Source: Podarcis vaucheri (taxonomy: Eukaryota). From it: a stretch of DNA of 64,000 nucleotides. The stretch lies in the NCBI GenBank assembly GCA_965113315.1, contig OZ220369.1, one strand, 5' to 3'. Positions 39,301 to 52,100 of the stretch are shown here, one piece after another. Every line of letters starts with the position of its first letter. Positions within the stretch are counted from its first letter, which is position 1. Both the position numbers and the translations under genes were made by a program. The notes under the pieces are model-generated. The model had not been told where the DNA came from and did not search any database. It worked only from the letters and a program-made list of their open reading frames with translations.

Positions 39301-42300
39301 TTATGCTCAGTGCCATTTCTATATTCTGAATACTGGCAAATTCAACTTCAACTTCTCATGGGAACTTGACCTTGCCAAAGCAGTGCAGCAATATTTTGCC
39401 ATCTCTCCAAATAATGAAGTAGTAGAAGCAGGGGATCGAAAAGAGGTCCTGCTGTCCTTCCACCCGCTGAAGCCATGCACCTTAAAAGATGTGGAGCTGA
39501 AGCTGCAGGTAAGGAAGACCCAGGGTCGGTGGTGGTGGGTTTCTTCTGTTGTCTGACGAGAAGGTTTCAAATCACCCACTTAATATTTACACCAAGGATA
39601 TAAAAAAATAAAGCTTAGAACTCCCAGCACAATCAGATATTGTCTTAAAAATAAAATTAGCCAAGTATATATTAGTCTGACAACTAATCTGACCAGTTCT
39701 GAGGCAGCCTCTCTCTGTGCTCACAGATCAGCCATGGACCAACATTTACTTGTTTGCTGGAAGGCTCAGCTGTGAATCCCAGCATCCATTTCTCCCTCAC
39801 CAAAGTGGAGTTTGGAAGCTGCTTCATCTACCAAGGTGGAATGATCGTTTCCAAACGAATCCTGACTGTCACGAATAAGGATGCCAAGGATGCAAGGTAA
39901 GCTGGACCAATGATGTGCCTCGCAGACACAGAGCACCATGCCAGATGTGCAGGAGGTAAATTCAGGTGCACAGCACCAGCAGTGGTGTGATGTTGGGCTA
40001 CAGGCAGAGCAAAGAGCTAGCAGGGTGGAGGGCAAAAGGTGAGAGAATCAGAACCAAGAATCACAGGCAGGGAAGGTCAAATTGACCATTGCTCAGGCAA
40101 AGTCCCATGCCTGCCTTGGGAATATATATAGCCCCATCAGCAAAGGGCCAATCAATACGCTACCTAGGTCAGCGGACTCTCCTTAAGAGGCACCACAGCC
40201 CTGTCAACCTTTCAATCTGCAGCATCTGTTGGGATTGCAATTAGAAGATCTCCAGCTGCTTAGATAGGCTTTTTTGGATAAGCTAGCTGGCATCATTAGT
40301 GGTCCCAACCTCCATTTTCTGCCTCACTTGTTGAAGGCAGAAGGCAATTTTCGAAAGTATAAACCTCACCCCTGATGTGGTAGTTGACAAAGGTGTGATG
40401 CCCCATTTGCACAGGCACATTAGCAGTCAGGAAGGGATGAATGTGTGACACAACACTTTGGATCATGTCTTCTCTCTCTTTGCCTGCTCCAACTCTGCCC
40501 TGGGAGGGGCCGCTTGTGTTCTAGTGCCTTGCCTCAACATTGACAGTGGAGGCGACAGCGTTGGTTTGTCAAAAGCCCAAAGCACCGTGTATCTCTCCAC
40601 TGAGAGCAGCTATTAGCCCAAGAAAAAATGCACATAGCAGAAGCACAGAGAGTTGGAACAGACATTAGAGCTGATCACTGTATGGAGAGAGAGAGAGAGA
40701 GGAGAGAGGGAGATTGTAGAGGCTGTGAGAGGGTAAAAAGGAGAGCAGTGAAGTTCAACCCCTGTCACACACATTTGCTTTTTGAAAATGTAGCTTAATA
40801 ATTCCAACTAAGTGGCATGGATTAAATAGACAGCATGACACAGGGCAGTTGATACAGAATTAATTAGTTTTACCATCTATATTGGCAACCCTGCTACTTT
40901 TAGCTGTCAGTCACATGTAAATCAATTAAAATGTGCTCTATAAAGTATAAATTGTCACATTGTATACATAAAGATTAACCTAAACCTTAAATATAAATTT
41001 ATTCTGAGCAACATATAGAACTCTTACAAAACAGGAAAAGAGTTATAACCTGGCACTCCTTGATATTTATTCCAAAAATCCTTTTTTTCAGTCATATTTG
41101 AGGTCCACAAGTCAAACTGTTGGAAAGCTGCTCATCTTTCAGAGTCAGAGGCACCTTTTTGGAGAAAGAATCTTTCTGTTTCAAAATGTGGTATAGTGCC
41201 ACCTAAGTCTAGAACCTAGTAGGGGCTCAGGCAGGCTTTGTGGCTGGAGAGAATGACCACCACTCTGTAAGGTTGATGATAGTCTCTTCTGCCTCTTCAT
41301 AGCCTGGAATGCTTGTTCACCAACACAGCTTACCTCGAGGTGGGTTTCCATGCTGAAGTGCTGAGTGCTGGAGGAAAGGCAGAGATTCCAATCACCTTCT
41401 ATCCCCGAGAGGCCATTTCCTACCATGAGGTCATCACCTTTGAAATCAATGGGGTCTTGCAGCGTAATATTGAGGTCTTCGGGAAGGGCATTGAGATGAA
41501 GGTGAGACTGAGTGAGCGTCCTGGACTTCTGGGCTCCACAGCCAGAGAGGCCAAATTAAGACTTCAGCTTTTGTGCCTCTTATAAGATGCAGCTCAAATA
41601 TGTTATTCTTTAGGCAAGTGGGATGTTTTTCTAGGAGCTGCATCTTATTTATCTTTATTGAATTGGCTTCCTTCAGCCTTGCATTTGTTGGGTTTCTACA
41701 GTCAAATCTAAGTTGAAAGCAAGGAAAAGATCCTCCAAACAAGCAGAGGCTGCTTCTCAATTTTTACATCGAGATAGAAGAGTTAGCACTGACATGGTCA
41801 TTAACTGAGGTGTGCAGAGTGAGGCAGAACCTACTAAGTTCTTGCAAATACACAGTGACATAAAAGTGGTTGCAGACAGGGTAGGAGCAAAGCAACATGG
41901 TTAGAACTCTTGAAAGTCCCCTTCCTGGGCTGAATATGATATTGTTGAATTAGGCACTTCTGAAACAACATTGCATCACAGTCAGGGATATCCAAAGCTC
42001 ACACTGGAAGGATAGATGTTCACGACAGGGATGGGGATCATCTGTGCCCCAACTTCCAGCAGCCAGCAGGACCAGTGCTCAAGGACTGCAGGAGCTGTTG
42101 CCCAGTACGTTCTCCACCTCTGCTTGGTGACATGCTAGGCCAGAGGGAAATGGTGAGGAGTTTGACTTTCCATCACTGAAGGAAATCTGGAGATCTTGGA
42201 AGGAGACAGGGGGACTGAGGCATCTGAAAGGAGCACCAGCAGCTTCTTCAGGGCAATCCAGACATCATGAAGGCACAAATTTTTTGAGTTTTTTCTGCTT

Positions 42301-45300
42301 TCAGCATAATTGCTCACCTGCTGTTTTTTCCTAAAAGACAATGTTGTTTTCTCATCCTTGAGCCTTTCATGCACTCTCCTGCTGTCCTTTTGTCCTCACG
42401 TCTCATTGTTATATAGACCCTTCATCACACTAGCCTGTGCCATTTTCTTACCTCTTTTTCCTGCTCCATTTCAGTTGTCCCACTGTGTGTTTTCTTTGCC
42501 CACAGATAGAGGTTGCAGAACCTCACAACAAAGTGCTGAAATTTGGAGCTGTCCCTCCAGGGCACAGTGTGAAGAAGATGGTGACGATAGTGAACCGCAG
42601 TGTCACTTTTGTCACCTTCAACCTAAATTTCATGTACTCTGCATCAGAGTTGCAGGAACAGAAGGTAAGGGTCCCCCCTCTCCTGCCATGGGATCCCCTG
42701 CACCACTGGTCATTCTAACATAAGGGATTGTGTTCTTAATACTGTCATGCATTTCTAATTTCAGTGGCTTAAACACTCCCCCCCCTTGTAGGATTGCATA
42801 TGCGAAATCGCTGAGAAAGAATTCAGATTAATAAGTAAGGCTACAATCCATTATTAGCTCAGAAAAGCTAACACTTGGATATTGTTCACCTGACTCTATT
42901 TTGAGTGAAGGAAGAAATGCTATTGCATAGCAGAATCATTAACAAAAAATGTCTTACCAGTCAAATTTGGCTTCTGGAACACTGCCAAAGCTAAACCAGA
43001 CAAACTCTCACCAAAGAGGGCCCTCCCAAACATAATGTATTTTCTGGCTTTCCTCTCCTTTTGACAACACATGGGAAGCCTGGATGGCTTTTGTAGTTGG
43101 TTACCTTAGGAGGGGAGAACTCTGGCAAAACTTGGATTCTGCTCCAGTTTGGGCACTTTGAACTGGGTTTGAACAACTTCAGGTATATTTTATGCAAACT
43201 AATGTTATAACTTAGTTTTTTTCTTCAACTGCACTCCTGTGAAATTATGACTGGTTCTATTAGCCTTGTGATCTAAACGGAACCTCCATGTTCAAGCAGT
43301 ACCATATGCTGGTGGAAAGCAAGGAAAATGAGAAATATGAGTGGTCTGGTTATTTCTAAAAATAGTTGGCTAGCAGACCAGGCAGCCTGGTCTCTACTGG
43401 GGCAATTGAATTGCTACCCATTTATCTGGCAGGACCTTTAACAACTGCATAAGGAGAAATATGAAGCACTGTCTGTCCTACCTAGTAAGGGTGTCAAAGT
43501 TTATAACTGAGTTGTTTGTTTGGATATCACATTTCACAGTTATGAAAATTCATACCCATTTTAGATAGAATCCATCTCCCCTCTGAAGTTCAGCCCAGTG
43601 TTGCCCTCCTTGACACAACTGCCTCCAATCTAAGATCACCAAATAGCTATGTTTGCATCAGGAAGATTTCATTGGTCCTTTAGACTTTGGATATAGCTAT
43701 AGCAGTATCCTAGGCATAAGGGCCCCTGGGAGCTTTAGTTCCCAAAGATGTCCTTATTAGCATCGTCAGGATCCATGGGAGCTACTTTTCCCAGTCCCAG
43801 AGGGGTAGCCATGCTAGATTGTTGCAGTGAAAAGAACAAAGAGTATTGTGTAATCTTCAAGACTGACACATTTATTATGGCTTAAGCTGAGGTGAGGTCC
43901 ACTTCATCAGATGTGTGAACTGTTATCCTGAGTTACAGGTACAGTATATGTCTGACATGTGGAGGAAGTGCAGGGAGGTTAGAGGGAAATGAATTACAGA
44001 AAAGCACAGACAATTAGCAGTTGTTGAAAAGACATCCTAGTGTTCTGTGAAGTATGTAGTATCCATGGATCCTGATGGGTCTACTAGGGCACCAAGAGCC
44101 ATGGAACTACATCTCCCATGAATCTTTGCACTGGGAATAAGGTTAAGTCCTCCAAATTGCAACATTTTGCAAGTGAGTTTGGAAAAAAGTGAAGCCTTGA
44201 GGTAGGGGTTCCAGGCCTGTTTATCAGGAACATGAGAGGGTGTTACCTCAGAATGGGACTCAAGTTTAATTTGTTTGAGGTAGGTCCATTCTAAATCAAT
44301 CCAGGAAGAGCTTGCCCTTCACTAATTACATATTCATAGTGCAAAAGCCATACATTTGCCTGTTATGCAGCTGTTCTGCCAGAGAAAAAAGTGGCAACCT
44401 TAGCCACCAAACCTACCAGACTTGCTGGAGAAAAGCTGCCCCTTGGAGTTATCTGGGGCAATGTCTGGTCCAGGGAGTGTTCAGTCCCATCTCTCTTTGA
44501 CAGATTCTTTCCATGACTCCATGCAATGAAATAACCCTGAAGCCCAAAGAAGGCACATGCCACGTGGAGTTGACTTTTGCCCCGAAGAGCCGCATCCTGC
44601 CGTTCAAAGAGGAGGTCCTGCTTGAGTGCCACGGGATCCTGCGCTCCCTCTTTGTGGTGCAAGGCTGCAGCCAGGGCATCGAAGTCAGTCTGGACCAGGA
44701 TCATGTCCCTTTTGGAGCAGTGGTGCTACGAAGCCAGGCTTCTCGTCGCATCATGATGCAGAACACAGGAGACATCGGTGTGGGGTAAACGGAGAAAGTC
44801 TTTCTGGCTGAGTTTCCCTCCCCACCCCACTCCACCATCCTTTATGCTCCACAAGGCTGGTCTTCCTCCCTTCAAGTCCTGGCTTAAGTGGCCATTCACT
44901 TGTTCCAGAGGTGTCAAAGGCAAAACAAAACAGAGAGGAAACAGGACAGTAAATCCATGTTCACTGGGCCAGCTTCAGCTGGTAAAAACTTTTGCACGTT
45001 TTTGAGTAACCCAGGATTCTGTTAGGGCAATGCCACTCACTTGACTCTCCTTCCAATCCTGTTATCCTTCCCCCATCACCTCCCACTGTCTTTGTCACTA
45101 GAGGGTTGTCGCTGCATCAACCCCTTTTCAGTAATTCCTCTCTGTAGCCCTTCCGTGGTGCACCAACCATCTTCAGAAGGGCTAATCCAAAATGTGTGTT
45201 TTCCCAACCCCAATGGAGGGATCTCTAATAGATTGTGTCTATCACAATACCTCTAATTCCCTGCATGGCAGCAACTCTCAGCACTAGAGATCAGCAATCT

Positions 45301-48300
45301 GCAGCCAGTGGGTTTGGTCTTCAGCCTCCCAGGTCGGCTTCCTGTCTTTCTTTTCCAAATGTGCCTCTTGAAATGAAGGCACAAGGAAAGGAAGCATGGA
45401 GGAAACGAGAGCAAAGGGGCTTTCTGGGTTGTCCTCCACCTTTCTGCTGAAATGCTTCTTTTTCTTTTTGTGAAAAGATTTAAATGGGACGCCAAGCGCT
45501 TCAAGCCAGACTTCTCCATTAGGCCAGTGGAAGGCTACATTTCCCCAGGAACGGACGTCTTCTTTGAAGTGACTTTCCACCCCTGTGAGCAGAGCCAGGA
45601 CATCTGCTATGAGAACCTCCAGTGTCACATCCAAGGCAGAGAACCACTCAAGCTCATGCTTACTGGATGCTGTGTGGGAGTCCCCCAGGTCAAAGAGGTA
45701 CAAAACCTCCTCAACAGGACTGTTTTTGTGGGATGGCAGGTCTCACATGTGACTAGCCTGTGGAACACTCTCTGAAGCTATATTTGCATATTTGGGCAGA
45801 GGATTAATGTGTTTGGATCAGGCTTGGATGTGAAACCTCTGAGATTTGCACTCCCTGAACTACCATGCAAAACTGAAATACAGTTATCCTTCCACCCCCC
45901 CTCCCCCCATCTGGCCATGTCCCAGCACTCTCCTTTTAGTTGCTCTTTTCTGTTTATTAAAAAATAAAGGTCAGATGTGGATATTTCCACCCTTGGCATA
46001 ATAACCTGCAACACACACTTTTTATTTGGCCCTCCAGATGTTTTGGGAATACAATTCCCATCATCCCTGACCACTGGTCCTGTTAGCTAGGGTTGATGGG
46101 AGTTGTAGTCCCAAAACATCTGGAGGGCATAGCTGATGGCCATGCGTAATGGAAATTGTAGCAGTATTTGGGGGACACCATGTTGTTGCTATCCCTGAAT
46201 TACCAAATAAGGAGTAATACAGATGTAGTAACTCAAATGTTTTCAAAATGTCCCCGTGATAAAATACCAGTTGCAAATGTTTTTGTGCTTGGGGGAAGAT
46301 GTGCTTTGTAGGTTCTTGAGCTCTAAGCCAGCCTTCCCCAACTGGGTGCCCTCTAGATGCTGTTGGACTACAACTCACATCATCTTTCGACTTCTGGCTC
46401 TACTGACTACAGCTGATTGGAGGTAGAGTCCAGGAACATCTGAGGGCCCAAGGTTAAGTGACTGCAGACTATGAAGGACTGGCAACAACCCCACCACCTC
46501 CAGTCCCACCCATTTATTTTTTCTTTGAGATGGTGCACTGGAACTCTTGCTTCCCCAGTGTAATTCCCATCTTCAGTCAACTGCCCTGGAGAGCTTTTTC
46601 CTCTTTGTGAAGGGAAATTATTTAGCAAGGTGAAATTCAGGAAACCAGTACCAAAACAGCTCTGAAGAAAAGGAGGCTTGGACAGCCTGGTTTTGAATAT
46701 GCTAAAACCACTCGGAACATATTCAGAATTCAAGTGTGTTGATCGTATGGGGAAAAACTATGACAATCTCCATCCCATCCTCTCGCTCTTCAGGTGGTGA
46801 ATTTCACATGTCAGGTGCGGGCAAAGCACACACAGACCATTATGTTATCCAACAAGACCAACCAAGCATGGACCCTGCGGCCAATCATTGAAGGGGAGCA
46901 ATGGAAGGGTCCAGAGTTCATTAGGGTAGAAGCCCACCAGCAAAACAAGCCGTATGAAGTCACCTATAAACCCCTTGCCATGAATTCAGACAACAAGAAG
47001 GATCAGGTATTTCACAAAAAAGGGCAAAGATGCCAGTGGGTGGCGGGCAGAGAGGATCCTTTGGGTCTCAGATCAGAATTGCTAGGGAATTGAAGTAGAT
47101 TTGCGAGCTTCTCTCTATGGAGACTTGCTATTGGCAGCCAAAAGTTTCCATGTACCTTTATCAGCCAATTGTTTTAAAATAATTATTTTAAAGTAATTAT
47201 TAAAAAGAAATATTTTATTTATTGCATTTCTATCACACATTACTTCTCCAAGGAGCTCAAGGTAGTGAATTTAGTTTTCTCCTTCCTCATTTAATCCTCA
47301 CCACAGCCCTTTGAAGTGGGTCAGGCTGAGAGGCAGTGACTGGCCTAAGGTCACCCAGTGAGTTTCATGGCCAAGGATTACATTTTTTAAAAAAATTAAA
47401 TAGATAAAGATAAAATTAAACTAAAAGAACACAAAAACTAAGAGTTGGATTCAATGCTAGCCATACTCAATGAACCCATTGAAGTTAATGGATCTGACTA
47501 ACTTTGGTTCATTACTTTAGGTGAGCTAAAAGTATTTTAGCTGTAGAAGCACCTCTGCAGCTTCATTTGATGCTCTGCTATGTTGCATTGAGCATGGTGG
47601 GCTTACTCCAGAGAGTGGCATTTCCAGGAGAAGGCAGCTGTTTTGTTTTTCGGTTGCAAATGCCAGGTGACCTGAGGACCATCTTCTTTTCCTAGTATCT
47701 TTCAAAGCAGCCACATTTCACAGGGGAAATCTGGTCAGGTCATGCGTGTATCTTGAGGTTCACATTTCTCCTCTTGCCTGTTAGGGGTCCATCTTCTTCC
47801 CCCTCCCGGATGGGACGGGGCTGCTGTACCTCCTGCAAGGCACCGCAGAGCCTCCAAAGTCTGCTGGGAACATCATAAGAGAAGTTCCATGCAAAACATT
47901 CTACACAGAACTTCTCCCCATCTCCAATTGGCTAAACAAGCCACAAAGGTAAATGGGACGGTGTGTGTGTGTCATAGGGTTGGGACTGGCAGCGTCTGTT
48001 CCAACCAGTGCCAAGCAGGATTCTACAGTTCAAGGTGTGCCTTGGTATCCATTGTCAGTAACCTGTTACAGGCCATGGTCCCTGAATTCTTCAGACCTCT
48101 TGCCTTTCTCATCCCTCCCGGGCTGAGTTTTCCCCAGGCTCTCTCTGCAGTTCCAGTGGCTGAGAGTTACACTCTGTTGGGTGAGCTTTGGTTGCAGTCC
48201 AAGGAAAGCCTTGAGACTTCTGCAGTGACCAGTGGTGAGCTCCATGCAGACTATGACTTATTCCCACAGCATGAAGTGGGAAGGAAGGAAGGAAGGAAGG

Positions 48301-49112
48301 AAGGAAGGAAGGAACTACAGCCAGGCATACCTCAAAAACCTGGGCAGCACCAGTGAAGGATGCAGCAGATAGGCTAGTCTGTGGTCTAGGTCTTGCAGTT
48401 TGGTTGCACTGTGTGGCACAATAATGTTCACTTTGTTACATCCTCCTCCTCCTAAGTCCAGGGCAACAGTATAGCTCTGAGTGAGACTCCACCTGTCTTC
48501 CTTCTATTTTATGTGAGGAAACTGCAATACATCCCAGAGCTGCCAGCAGTTGCCTTTCTTAACCTTAGACACTTTGAGGTCCACATAAAATGAACATTGT
48601 TTCCATAGAGGTGGTTCTGAGCACCCCCAAATGTTGCACAGACTCTTCCTACCCCCTAACCACACCAGTTTCATGCCTGATGATGATATATCTAAGCAGA
48701 AATATATTGAAGGACCATGAAATGGGTGAGATTGATGGTCCAGCTGTGCAATGAAATGTGACTCTTTTGAGTCAGGTTGGTGAGCCCTCATCAAGACTAT
48801 ACTGCTTGTGATGGGCCACAGGAGCAATATGAATATATTGCTTTCACAATTGCAGTGTGTGTGTGGGGGGGGGGTGTTTCTCCAGTGCTTCTCCAAGTTG
48901 GAAGTCAACACCTTGCCCTCAAATGGACCTTCAGCCTCCTTTCATCTTTTCCTTCTCTGTCACTTTCTGTGGTCACATCAATCAAATCCCACCTTTGAAT
49001 ATTGCTCCAGCAAGTCCATATTATATTTCTCTGCCAAGAAAACCCAAACTAAAGACTTAGGATGCTATGGAATCGGCCAAGACTCTTGGGTATAGGGAAG
49101 AATACAAATTTC

Positions 49113-49149
<37 letters not shown>

Positions 49150-52100
49150 ATAGCTGCCCTGTGCCTTTAACACCAGCTGAATCTGTAGAACAAGCAAGTG
49201 AAACTTTTCATATCATTGGAATAAATATGATTTCCTGCTAAATGTCTGCATACCTGGCCCTGCCCATGACCCAGTTGAAGAGGCTAAGCTATTTATTTTT
49301 TAACTTGCTTGAATAAAAGTTGAAAAGCTGCAAATTATACAGAAGACAGTTATTTGCTTGTGGGTGTTTTTCTTCAGTGGATAAAGCTGGGGAGAAAGTG
49401 GCCTCTCTTTGTCTGTACAGCCACAGCCAACATTCCACATCTAGTCCCTGTGGAGCATTTAGAGGGTGAATGTGGTGACTGTCCTTCCTCTGACAGATTC
49501 CGTGTGACAGTGGATATGCTGAAGCCCGAAAGGCTGGAATTGACCACCACACTGAAGACCCTGGACTATGTGGATGTGCCTACTGCTGCCAAGAAGGACC
49601 ACAAGCTCACCTTCTTCTCTTACAGGGAAGGCATGTACAGTGCCAAGGTAAATACCCCACCCAAACACCATCCCCTTTCCCCTTCTGAGGGCGCCTGAAG
49701 TAGAAGGATCCCTCCCATTCATAGGGACCACATCAGTGGAGATTTAAGGACAGCCTGCTCAGCAGAGCATTTGGGGATGCAGCTAAAACCACCATCAGCC
49801 CCTTTCTGGGCTGCAGGGATTTCCATACAAGAGGCTGTTCTGCAGGGTTTTTTTAGGCATTTTGTATCAAATGGGTGAAGGGCAGCTCACATGGTGCCCC
49901 CAGGTGTTGTGGATCATTTATTGCTTTATTTATTACATTTATACCCTGCCCTTCCTCCCAAATAGTGTCAAACAGCTGTAGCTTCCAGTATCTCTGACTG
50001 CTGGCTTTGCTGTCTAGGGCTGATGAGTGTTGTGGTCCAAAACATCTAGAGGGTACCACATTGGTTATCCCTGGTGCACAGCTGAAAAGGAAAAAGTTTC
50101 CGATATCAAATGCTTTGGAATCATTTCCCCTCAGGCTCTATATCTGCTGTCTTGTGTGGGCTAAGAATTCATTGCCATCCTTTCCAGTCACCTGACCATT
50201 TTGCATTTCTCCTTTTCTGAGAGCAGCCCAGCCACTGCTGGCAAGAACTGCAATTCATCATAGTTTCAGTGATGCTGAGCTGCAACACTAGTTCAGTTGC
50301 CCTACACTAGGCAGTCTGAATGCTCAGTGCTTCTGGAAAAAGCAAGGGTACTCAGTTTTGCGCAGTGTTTTGGCAAAAGGTGGGTGGGATAAAGCTGACC
50401 TGAATGGATTTCCATCCTGCAATGGAGTCACCACCATGGCAGCTCCTGACCCTGACACTTCCTTACCTATGCAGGTGACCTTCCGCAATGAAACGACTCA
50501 GGAGTTCCTGTTCTATTTGGTGACTTTTAAGGTCATCCCATGTGGCCCACTTGGCACCATTGAGCTGATGACCCCCGTGCGGCAAAGCACCTCATCTTCT
50601 GTGAAGGTTGAAAACCCTCTCCATGTCCCAGTGACCTTCAACACTGACTGCAAAGTGCCAGACATCAACATTCCCCCCCAGTTCATTGTCCCGGCTCAGT
50701 CGGAGGTATGAATTTGCCTTTGAAGTGGCCATGAGCCTGGTCTTGCAACTGCCTTAGCCAGCAATGGGCAAGACGGCTCTGCTGTCATTCAGCAGAACTA
50801 CATCTGGGTGATTGTTTCCTTTCCCTAAAATGTTTTGGTTCCACTTTGTATGTAAATATAATAATATAATAATATAATAATAATTATAATAATTATAATA
50901 GTAAATATGGATTTCCCACCTGCTGCAGTCTGGCCTAGAGCCTGGCTCAGACCTGGCACAATCCCTGGGATAACTTTAGTCCTACCCTTAAGTTGCTGAA
51001 GGAAGCTGGCACAAATCTCTCACCCTCATACGTCCTCCTTCACTGAGGAATCCAGGATTTCTTTCTCTTTTTCCATTTCTCTCCTACTCCCTCACACCCC
51101 CCCTTTTTCCTCCCACTGTCTCCTTATGGCAGGCCTCTAAAAAACCCTTTCACCTTCCCTCCGGCGTTCTCCTGTGGAGATGCTCCCTCCTTCCCCATGT
51201 GTGCATTCTGCCTGCAGGAAGGACTGGTTGACTTTCTTTTCACATTTTGAAAGCAGCATGATAAGGAAGGGGAGGCAATTCCCGAGTTACTGTCAGATGA
51301 AAACAAGCTCCTCACAGGAAGGGAAATGTCACTGCTGCTGCTGCTTCCAACACATCCAAGGTGTGGAACGCCCTCCTGTCCCCTGCCCCTCCTAGAATCA
51401 TCAGGCAGCCAGGACCTTTGGCATTGGTCTGGCTGTCACTGGATAGATTGTCAAGAGGGATTAACTAGCATTGTTCAACAGTCCATACTGTTCTGTAGAA
51501 CAGAAAGTGACCCAGCCCAACTGAAAATGGGTATATTCTGGCCTCTAGAGATGTGATTTCTCTATTATCACCTTACTCTCCAAGGAGCCTAGGGTGGTAT
51601 ACATGGTTCTCACCCTCATTTAATCCCCACAATAACTATTTGAGGTAGGTTAGACTGAGAGACTGTGAGTGGCCCAAGGCCACTCAGTGAGTTTCATGGC
51701 CAAGTGGGGAGACCTGCTCTCTCCCAGGTCCTAGTCTGACACTTTTAACCACTATGCCATACTAACTCTCTATGCCTGCCTATTCTCTTGCCTGTTCCTT
51801 GCCTGCCTTCCATGCTGCCCTCCCAGCCTGCCACCCTCATCAACTTGCCTGCTGCTCACTGGCTGTGGCACCTCCGTCCCAACCCTGCTCTTGAACCTGC
51901 CAGAATTTGCCCCTTCTGCTCTTCCACATGCTCTCCCTTCTCTGCTGCTGCCCAGTGTTGGCCATGGATGCTGAACAATCATTCTTGCAGAGAAAGGGAG
52001 TTGGGTGGAGCCAGTCAGTCAGTGACTGTCAAATCCCCCTCCACTTCTTGACCGGTTGCTTGTTCTGCCCCCTCCCCTCTTTTCTCAGGGGGTGCTTGTG

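Noticed and set aside
39910-40390. Possible antisense LTR remnant
   Set aside because: Only a vague compositional resemblance; no boundaries or TSD.
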